Origin: Epithemia pelagica
Lineage: Eukaryota > Protista > Bacillariophyta
Reading direction: 5' to 3'
DNA length: 64,000 nucleotides
Assembly: GCA_946965045.2 (NCBI GenBank)
Contig: OX337235.1
Coordinates: 930,001 to 994,000, forward strand
Positions 54,752 through 64,000 of the stretch are shown piece by piece. Each line of letters starts with the position of its first letter. Position 1 is the stretch's first letter. The notes under the pieces were generated by a model. The model worked only from the letters and a program-made list of their open reading frames with translations. It was not told the origin of the DNA and made no database searches. Position numbers and translations under genes: made by a program.

Positions 54752-55334
54752 CAAGGTTGCTACTACGTCACGTCACGGGCCACAACCGTGACGTGACGCC
54801 GTCAAATAGTGACGGGAATATGTTCCCGTCAGGTTTTTCCCGTCACTTTCGTCAATTTTGGGATATTGATAAGACAATAGGGATGTATGATAGAAATAGG
54901 ATGTTTTGACTGTATGTATCATGATTAATGGTCTCTGATGTCTGTAAATGGTGCCTGAAGTGGACGGAAGCTCCACTTCGTCTCCTTTTCCAAGGATGAA
55001 TCCCCAAAGTTTGTCCTTGTCCCGTCTCAGTAGTGGTTCTGACATCCAACCACGGTAAGTCAACATCGATCATGCACACATAATAGTTATGACCATGCTT
55101 GATCATCAATGGTTGATTGTTGTTCATTCCTTGGATCACTTTGGATGCCATTTTTGTGCGTTTCTCGACGTATCTGTTTGACTACAAAAGATCCACAAAA
55201 GATTTTTTTGTTTCCCGTCACTTTTTTTCATTCCCGTCATTCGTCACAGCCTTATGGCCTGACGTGACGTCGTCAATTTTACGTCACGTCACGTGACGTG
55301 CGTCAAATGTGACGTCGTCACAGTAGCATCCTTG
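54752..55334. mobile_element. 583-bp MITE with 7-bp TSD (P-superfamily-like termini inferred)
   Basis: TCCAAAT|CAAGGTTGCTACT ... AGTAGCATCCTTG|TCCAAAT. Dense subterminal GTCAC/GTGAC repeats. Confidence 0.8.
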
Positions 55335-56997
55335 TCCAAATCGAAGCCGCAGCTTTGCAATTTCATTTTTTATGACGCAAGCAGAATTTCCAACCATGTC
55401 TGTGCTGTGAGACCAGGTGTACTTTCATTGCTCTCCGGAATATTCTAGAATAATCTTGGTGAATCCGTCGGATCCATGTAAGGGCTGGGGATACCGATCC
55501 ATGTACATCTAAGTAGGCTCAGTACAAAAGCTACGTAGAGTACATAAAATCAAATATTACACGCCACCCCGAAAATGATCGGAAGTCCAAAAAAATGCAA
55601 AAACACTCCACGATGACGGCGAGATCCGGTGATGCCGCATGCATTCACCCATGCATTGCATAAAGATCCGACCACTGTAAGTTGCTTTAGTTGGTTTGTA
55701 TTACGGCGTTCTGGAGTTACAGAAGATTTGTCCAGTTGGATCAAAAGTTATGCTCATTTTTCCGCAGTCATGAAATCTAACAACCTTCCTAACTCATCCA
55801 TTTCTCAACGGTGCCTCGACCCAATTGAAAGCAGAGTCAATCTAGTAGTGAAGACTCTTATTCTAAAAGCGGTTTAGGTGAGCTCTTTTATTGAGGAAGT
55901 TATGGCCATGGGGGTGATGACTTTCACCATTGTCGAGTGATGGCTTTTGTTTCTCGTGGCAGCAAGTTTTCGATTTGAAGCTAGGTGTGACGATCCGCCC
56001 CACTTGTTACACTCACAAAAATAGTAGCACGTAGGTAAATGTACTGAGCCTACTTAGATGTACATGGATCGGTATCCCCAGCCCTTACTCTTTTCCTGAC
56101 ACTCCATACTTCAAATTTCAAATAATCGTTCCGAAACTCTCTTGAGTTTGCAATTTCATCGGCTTCTCGGTTTTGCGCCTCGCGAAAAAGGGAAGGCCAA
56201 AGGCGACTGCTGCTGGAAAACCCGAACGAGATCCGTGACGTTTGCGAATCGGATCGAACCATCGCCCCACAGACCACAGCAGTCTGAGTGAAAGTGCATC
56301 ATCTTCTCATCGCTCGCTCCACGATGATCTCGTGGGTGTGTGTCCTTTCGGGAATCCGCGAGATCGAGAATTCAACCGAAGTCGAATTGTCTGTGGGTCT
56401 GGATCCAGATGGTGGCTAGGTGCGACATGGCTTCTCGTTACAAGAGCACCCACCTGCTCCCCAGGACAGGGACATGCAAGTAAGAGAATGCTTCCTGGTT
56501 GACGTTGTGTCTCTTTGAGAAGCGAAGTGGACCGAACTCTCTCCCATGGCGTGTTTGTGTGCTCTTGCCGGGAGGCCAACGGCCAATTGCCGCCAATGGC
56601 AAATCATGGCAACGAACTCTCAACCCTTCCACAAAGATCCTATCGATGCCTTTGACCATGATTGGTCTAGAATAGATTCATTGTGTATGTTGAAACAAAG
56701 TTAGGTTGTACTTAGTAACTAGGAAAAGATAACTACCAAGTTCATGGGACAAAACAGATCCAAAGTAGTCATACACAAATAAATAAATAACTCAAGGATT
56801 AGTTTACGAGGAAACTGCCGAAGGCTTTACCGTCGCTTGCGACCAAAGGGAGACGAATCCCGCCCGGACAAGTCGACCATAGAGAAAATATATAAGATAG
56901 AAAATAGATGAAAAAAAATAACGCGAACACGGCACAGAAAATCACACAAACGAATAAAGGAAACCCCGACTGCTTCCAGCCCTGGCCAATGTCCTTC

Positions 56998-59900
56998 TCA
57001 TCGAGCCGTCGGGACTGAGCGAAAGAAAAAAGACCGAAGACACCGTTGTTGGCGCCGTAGGGACCGGGACGCAGCTGACGCGACCGGGGTAGAAATGCGT
57101 CGAAGAAAAGCAATTTGGAGGTGAGGAGGGTCCTGTAACCGAGTGTCCAAAGGACAACGAAACAAAAGCCTCCAAGCTGGGGAATTCCGCAAAGGAGAGA
57201 GATAGGCATCCCGAATAGCCGCACATCGCTCAGCCCGCTTGCGTTCGACCTCAGCTGCATGAAGGATGGCGTTCCGATGTTCCCACTGGTCCCATGCTGT
57301 ATTCCATACTTGTTGGATCAGCAAGGAGAGCCAGCGACGGCCCGATTGCCGTTTACCCAAAAATTGATAATATGCTTGCTGAACGTCGGCCCAACGCCAT
57401 GACCAATGACCCCAAATTGCATTAGTCCAGCCTAGTTGAAGTTGATCCTCCAAGGCTTCCCTCAATCCGGGAGTCGATGTGAACTCCTGTGGAGGAGGGG
57501 AGCCATCAACCCACGACCTTAAATGGGAAAGAATCATTCGGGCCATGGACGGATGAGTGTGGCGCAATGCTAACCACCTGTCCAACTTGGAAAGAAAATG
57601 CATCCATCGTGCTTTTACGTCCGGATGAGCACACGTGACGACATGATCGGCTGTCTCCATTTCGTGACCACACCGTGGGCACGTGGGATTCTGCCACTGA
57701 CGTCGACGGACCATCTCAACACCAACGGCCGACCGATGAGCGGTGGCCTTGATCACCCAATGGCGGTGTCCTTGCGGAAGCAGCGCTAAGGCCCCAGACC
57801 GGGCCTCCCACTGTACCATGGTGCACGTCCCAGATCCAAAGCGGTTGAGTCGCTGCCAATGGTCCATAGCCGGGGGGGACAGGACGTGGGTCCGGATCGT
57901 GGAAGCCAATTCCGAAACGACCATCGAATCCCCACATGAGATGGGAGGGAGAGGAAAACTGAAAAACTGAGGAGTACACTCGGGGCGAAGACGCTCATAA
58001 ACCGCCGTAGCACACGAATCCACGAACACATTGCGTCGAGCCCAGATGTCCAAGGGGCCGTCCCCAGCATCCTGGTGCCCTTTGACATGACGCCACTGCC
58101 ACTTAATCCCCACCAACCCATTCAAGAGGGACTGACACAAGGAGAGGAGATCCCAGCTATGGTCCGCTACCGTTGCCGGATGGCCCTTTCGAAAGACTCG
58201 GCCAAGAACCGAATCACTGTCGGTCGCAAACGTTAGAGTCCCAGAAGTTTCGGGAAACGTAAACAAAATTCGACGTAGAAAGGTCACAATCCCCAAAAGG
58301 CCCGCTAATTCACTTCGATAGGAGCACTGACTGTTCGGGGGGCCCGGAATCCGGAACCCCGCGGCCAGAATTGCTATCTCTTCCGCGTGAGTGGCGATGC
58401 CCCAGGCGCAGGTACCGGCGACCCCAGCATGTGCCGAGCCATCCGAAAACACCGCTAACGAGCCATCCCTAAGCGCAGAAAGCAGACGGGAGATCGTGGA
58501 TTCCGATGGGGGAATAAACCATACTGGCGCCACTTCAGCCAACTGTGGGTCATGCCAATCAAAAGTGGAACTACGCGCCGAAAAACGAGGAAACCGAGGC
58601 GACCAATCCACCGGAGTAGGGTCCCATGTCAATAATGACACCGATTGCCGAGAGCCATATACATCAGCAGCATGCAGTGGGGGGGGCGAGTACCAAAGAG
58701 GCAAGGGATACTTGAGTCGTCGTAATGGCGTAGACAGCCCGTCCTCGCTGCTGTGGCCGACGGATCGCGACCGTCCACTCCTCCACGGAAGAGGGGACGT
58801 ACACACGATCCCACACCGGACAATACATCGTCATTTGCGGCAACGCCGCGTCCAAGTGCCAAGATCCAAGGGTGGTCGTGATCCGCCGAAAACGAGGCTC
58901 CACCCCAAACGTGGTAGCCAGAGCCTCCTGCCATTCAGTCCACTGAAGGGCGGAGTGCGGGGGCGACTGTGGCCATAGGTCAAGAAAAGGCCGTCGATCA
59001 CAGGGTCCAGCACCTGTCCAAGCCTGCAGCAGGATGTGCGTCCCGTCCGTCGTCACGATGTCCGCTAACGTAAGAGCGCGAAGAAAAAGCCTGCAACGAT
59101 TAAGCCGAGCCAGGACCGCGGAGGACCGAATACCCCTTTGCCAAAAGGCAACCATTAAAAACACGTCACCCGTTCGCAAAGGCTGAAGAGGGGGGACAGG
59201 GGACGAGAGGCGGATGGAATAACGACTGCAGAAAGCCCATAACGACGTGAGCCATGTTGATACAGCGCAAGAACCCCAGACCTGGAAATCCAAATCCCAC
59301 GGAAAAGCCGAGTGACCCAATTCCACCTGTAAGTATTCCAACGAGTTACGAAGCAAGAAACCAGTAATGGCCGTATGGGACGAACCGAACATAACAAATG
59401 CCTTGATGTGGGCGAGCCCCTGTTCAACGAATAAATTGGGGACCGAGAACCCGCCAGCAGAGTACGGAGCGTGTACCACTGAGCGGGGCATGGAACGCAC
59501 AATATGGGATCTGCTCAGGCCAACCTTGAGAAGGGGAGCCATCAATGACTGACATTCCAGCTCAGTAAAGGTGGTAGCCGCTAATGGGTAGTCCAAGGTT
59601 TTGAGAATCCCCGTATGTAGGGACAGCCACACCAAACGGTGGGGCAACCGGCGGACTCGGATTCGTTCAGTCCAAGCTTTGATCTTAGCCTGTAGGTAAT
59701 CGTATTCCGCCACCATAGAGCCGCTCGGAGCTGTCCACACGCCGAGAGTTTTTCGGGCCTCCGTTGGTTCCACTCGTTCGATCGTTACCATCCTGCCGGA
59801 CGGCGACCGAACTTGAAGGGAAGCCGGAGCATCCGCGGTGGTCACCATCTTCCAACCAACACCACACCACCTATAATCGACCAAATACCAGTGACATTTT

Positions 59901-62692
59901 GCAGGGGAAAGGGCCCCCCCTGAAGCGCGTAAGGCCGCTTCCCAAAAATGCACACTCTGCTGTAGTCTTTCCGCGACCTGGGATGATGTAGCGCGAGACA
60001 CAACACCATCCACAACCAAGTCGGTATCGTCGACAAAGGCATACCCCACAAACATAAAACTAGAGCCGGTTACCGGAGACCGCAGGAGAATACCGTACCC
60101 CCGTTGACGCATCACGTTGAAAATGGGGGTACTAACAACCGCCCAAATAGCAGGACCCGCACCATTTCCTTGACCGATGCCTTGCACCGGGACGTCATGG
60201 CCCAGAGCGGAAAACGACACCGTAGAATCCCCATAGGTAGTGCGAATGAAATGGCGCAACCGCTGAATCGGGCCCAGGGAGGAGTCAACAAGCTTGGGCG
60301 GCACCCCACATCGTTGCATCACCAAACCAGCGGAACTGTGGCCAATCCTGTCATAACAGGACTTGGCATCGTTGGAACAGAGCCCACCAGGACGTTTAGT
60401 TTGGCGGAGAAGGTCATACGTTAGCACCTTGTTTAAACACTGATAGATGGCACTATGGCCCCGGCGACTGCCATACTGCTCGGGGGCCAGGAGTTGGTTT
60501 GCCTCCGCATAGCCCATCATGGCACGACCCATAAGTTTATTGTTGTGATTGTAGTCCGCCTCATAGAGGAGAATCGTGCGGAGTTTCGATACCTTAGTCA
60601 CCCCGGGCTTCTTCTCCAACATAACATTGAGCCCTTGCTGCCATCGGAGTGGAAGATAACCCGTTTCGGTAGGGATACGGGCCAGGGCCGCGTCGACTGC
60701 ACCGAGAAGAGGTGAGTAGCTATTGGCAATGAAATGGCCAAAGTGTAGCCCCGAGGGCCCGGAAGAAGTGAATTCGTCCATACGGTGCCACGAGTGGGCG
60801 TAAGCGGTAGTGCGGAAATCCAACCGAAAAGGATGCGGAGCCACTAAAACAGACGGCCGCCGATGAGCCGACAGGTAGATTGCCGCTTCGGGGGATACAA
60901 ATTTGTCCACCGCCGAAGAGTCACCGGAACCCAAAAGAGACTGGGACGTAGGCGAGGTACCGGTAGGGCCAAGGATAGCCACGACCTGAGGTTGTAATAG
61001 GTCAGTGTCGGACGCTTGGCGAAAGCGGCGATCGTTTTCGATCAGACAACCTTGTTCCAAACCGACGCGATCAGTGCGAGTCGCCCACGCACCATTCCAC
61101 TCGCCGTCCTCCCATTCGCCAGGACCAACTGGCACTTCGACCGAAGAGAGACCGGCCCGGGACGTCGGGGAGAGGACACTCCGAAGTAACGCGGCGTCCT
61201 TCCTTTGTTGCTCTCGACGGATCATATTCGACAGTCCAGACTTGGCCGAATCCCACCCGGCCTCCGCACGCGCTGCCACCAATTGTTGAAGAAACGCCGT
61301 ACGGGCAGATGGGGCATCCCGCTTCAACCTCTTGTATTCGTCCCAGGCGTCCTGACGGTGTACAAGGATTTCCTCCGAAGGCATATCCATGGGACACTCC
61401 AGGCCCGCGTTGTGCGCAAGGCGATCAAGATATTTCCGACTAACATGGCGACCAATCGATGCCGCATAGAGCCGATCCCAAAACCGATGGACCGCCAGGG
61501 CGTGGGCCAAAACCGGAGACCAGGGTACTGACCCAGTTCGGAGTTTGCGACACTTTCGATCAGCTAAAAAAATGCCATGAACCCTTAACGCATCTAAGGC
61601 CTCCCATTCCTGGGCCTGCCACTCTGTGAGAGGACCCGAAATCGACTGCTCCAACCGAAAAGTCCGGTCAGCCACCCGATGGTGGGTATAAAAGTCCTGC
61701 AAGGTTCGTAGGTAACGACGAACCACCCGGGGATCGTGGCACTGGAGGCGACGAGCGATGCGCGGGGAGAGCGGTCGGGACGAAACACCAAAGATGGCTG
61801 AAAGGGGGACATCCAGCCACACGGCGCGATGGTCCCCGGGAGCCACACCAAATGGAAAATAACCACACGGACCACCAGTGACCGTGGCCGAGGCAAACAT
61901 CCCGTCAATAGGCCGAGATCCTCGATTATGAGTCGGGGGAGCAGACGACCGGTCGTGACGCAAAAAGTGTACGTTATCCAACTGATGCGCGGTACAAATC
62001 GATTCCACCACATTATCAGGCTGCCAAAGTGTAGGTTCGTTGGCGTCCAAAGCCAACAAGACTTGGTCGCCATCGGCGTGGGCTTTCGCCAGCATCTCCG
62101 CCAAATCGTCCAGGAAAACCTGTCTGGGATCCACCACTCGGGAGGGAACTTGGGATTCAAAGAAAGCTTGCTGTTGCGACCAAACGGAACCAGGATCACG
62201 AGGGTTATACACAGGCCGATAGGCACTCACGATCCGTAATCGCGAGCCATGGTGGCCCCGAAGTTGGACCCACACCCACCGACCGAGGCCGGAAGGATCA
62301 CGCCCTGACCCGCAAATGCGCCCGGTGTGACTGTCGCGTACGATAATAGCTGTGCCGCCCGGCTGGTAATTAGTAGTATGCTCTTTGTCGCGGTACCAGG
62401 CGACATGAGTCGCGGCCGAGTGAAACCAGGGACGTACAACCTGTGCCAAGTGGTCCGTTTCAGGGACATTGTGCCAGGCTAGGTTCACCTCAGAAAGGCA
62501 CATAATATCCACAGAGTAGTCCAATAAAAACGACTGAAGATCAGCATACTTCACGTGGCGAGGAAACGCCGGGAGGCCGGATACATTTTGAGAAACGACA
62601 CGCAAAACCGCTTCCGAGGGTGTAGGATCCAGACTATCGCCCCAGGAATCCATCTCTGGCCTTGAGGCGCCGTGGTTGCCCCTTGATGGCAT
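56998..62692 (-). CDS. LINE ORF2 (APE endonuclease, RT, RNase H, CCHC) with one frameshift at a G8 run (58679-58686)
   Basis: APE: SQNV, LSEVN, LDANE, PIDG, GDHR. RT: EQYGSR, NDAKSCYDRI, QGNGAGP, FVDDTD. RNase H: FSDGS, YRSELAG, TDS, HVKGHQD. CPRC..ETADHVVTC. Confidence 0.9.
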
Positions 62693-62747
62693 CCTCTCGG
62701 TGTTCCAGGGTGCAAGGGACGGCAGCGCCCGGAACGAGGAGGTGGGA

Positions 62748-64000
62748 CTAAGGGCCCTGCCCCGTCGCCGTGGAAGGGGCCGACGGGGGAGAGGAATTAG
62801 TCGAAGGGGCTGCGGTGAGCTGGGCCAATTGGGCACGTAGTTGTTGGGTTTGAGAATTGTCTGGAAGAGAAGCTAACATTGTTTGAAAGGAGGAGACAAG
62901 CGAATTGAGATGAGACACAAGTTGCGTAGGATCAGATGGAGAAGAGAGCGAAGAGGCTGGAGTTATAGTAGTCGCGGAGGGTCCTGGGTCCGGCGGTTCG
63001 TTGGTAAGCGTGGAGCGCGAACCAGCACTAGCAGTCGAAGCAATAGATGTACCTTGCGGAAAGGTAGAGACACTGTCCGCGTCGGCTGCCGCATCGTAGG
63101 GACGGACCAAAGCCTGGGTCAAAGAGGTACCAAGGGTCGAGGCAGGAGTGGCGTCGTCACCAAACCCGGAGCAATCCAGCTCGCTATCACCCGTATCATA
63201 CACCCACCCGTTATAATCGTCGTCGGGGGATTCCACGGACATAGCGGTGGGGTTCCAAACCGCTCCCACTGCCCGATCAAGAGCATCTTTGCTAAAATGG
63301 CAATACAGCGTTTTAGCGAAAAGACGTTCCCGCTCCACGTCGGACAAGTCGGGGCATTCTTGAGCCATGGCCCACCGAAGATATGGAACCAAGGCAATGA
63401 TCATCGCTCTAGCCTCCTCCTCCCGCGACGGATGAAAGGCGAATTGCATCGCGCCTTCGCCCACGTGACTCGGGTCCACCGTATGGAAGAGTTGATGGCC
63501 ATCCGTGCTACTGCGAATTGACATGAGACGCGATCGGAGCGTGTGAGGGGACGATTCTTCTGGCTGATCGATCGAATGCAGCTCCCACGTGCGCATGCCG
63601 CGCATATGGGTACAGAACTGTAACTGCTGCAACCGAAGGGCGGCCACCTTGGTCCTGGTCCGCATGTTCATAACGTCAGAGAGAGGCCAAACGAGGCGCA
63701 TCTTAATTCCTAAAGGAAAATCCGTGGCCGTGCGGGCATATAAATCTGCCAGTCGTCGCTTGGCTTCGCGCTTGTTGGCGCGGCTCACCTCAAAATGCAA
63801 CGCTTTGGCCATCTGGTCGGGAGGGATGGCACCAGCCTGGCCCGTTTGAATGGTGCGCCAGCGCAAGCCCAGCGGAAAGCCCAACGCTTCTTCCAGAACC
63901 CTTTTTAACTCCGGGACGTGGATTGACTGTAGGGAGTACAAACCCCATCCGACAATAGAAGTCGACTCACATTGAAGTTGTCTCTCCCATAAACCGTGGC
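62748..64000 (-). CDS. LINE ORF1, 5'-truncated by the window
   Basis: The frame of ORF 62748-63941 stays open to the window edge (HGLWERQLQCESTSIVGWGLYSL...) and lies directly upstream of ORF2. Confidence 0.8.
   Translation of the reverse strand, partial: HGLWERQLQCESTSIVGWGLYSLQSIHVPELKRVLEEALGFPLGLRWRTIQTGQAGAIPPDQMAKALHFEVSRANKREAKRRLADLYARTATDFPLGIKMRLVWPLSDVMNMRTRTKVAALRLQQLQFCTHMRGMRTWELHSIDQPEESSPHTLRSRLMSIRSSTDGHQLFHTVDPSHVGEGAMQFAFHPSREEEARAMIIALVPYLRWAMAQECPDLSDVERERLFAKTLYCHFSKDALDRAVGAVWNPTAMSVESPDDDYNGWVYDTGDSELDCSGFGDDATPASTLGTSLTQALVRPYDAAADADSVSTFPQGTSIASTASAGSRSTLTNEPPDPGPSATTITPASSLSSPSDPTQLVSHLNSLVSSFQTMLASLPDNSQTQQLRAQLAQLTAAPSTNSSPPSAPSTATGQGP

Larger units (their letters stand above)
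56777..64000 (-). mobile_element. Non-LTR retrotransposon (LINE) with APE-RT-RNase H, Ambal-like; 5' end beyond the window
   Basis: ORF1 plus ORF2 with endonuclease, RT, RNase H and CCHC. T-rich 3' UTR ending in an (ATTT)n tail at 56777-56790. Visibly more GC-rich than the flanks. Confidence 0.9.

Noticed and set aside
55400-56770. Short ORFs between the MITE and the LINE tail
   Set aside because: No supportable product or structure.
1-64000. rRNA, tRNA or CRISPR loci
   Set aside because: None recognised by eye; a tRNAscan-SE/Infernal run would be needed to exclude small RNAs.

Overview
Eukaryotic genomic DNA, most likely a pennate diatom. This is inferred from short GT-AG introns, RXL-type secreted proteins, a CoDi-like copia and an Ambal-like LINE; the species cannot be determined. 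About half the window is mobile DNA: a decayed Ty1/copia LTR retrotransposon (1-~7.6 kb), a TA-flanked MITE, a P-like MITE, a near-intact RNase H-containing LINE (56.8-64 kb) and a 12,158-bp piggyBac-like transposon (23430-35587). The piggyBac-like element is the main finding. It has an ATAG target-site duplication, ~0.6-kb terminal inverted repeats that run into asymmetric 193-bp tandem arrays, and an intact spliced DDD transposase. It also carries cargo: a SET domain and a 2OG-Fe(II) dioxygenase in one reading frame separated by a single TGA, i.e. a probable SET-dioxygenase fusion gene. Host genes are SRP receptor alpha, YKT6, folylpolyglutamate synthase, an Na+/H+ exchanger, an FCP/SCP phosphatase, a C2-domain protein, a degenerate seryl-tRNA-synthetase-like protein, two tandem bacterial-type HD-like genes and three ModA-like solute-binding paralogs. 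One paralog is intact and fused to a Lys/Tyr-rich cingulin-like module; the other two are broken and sit in a 2.2-kb inverted duplication. All family calls come from motif recognition by eye; no database searches were run.
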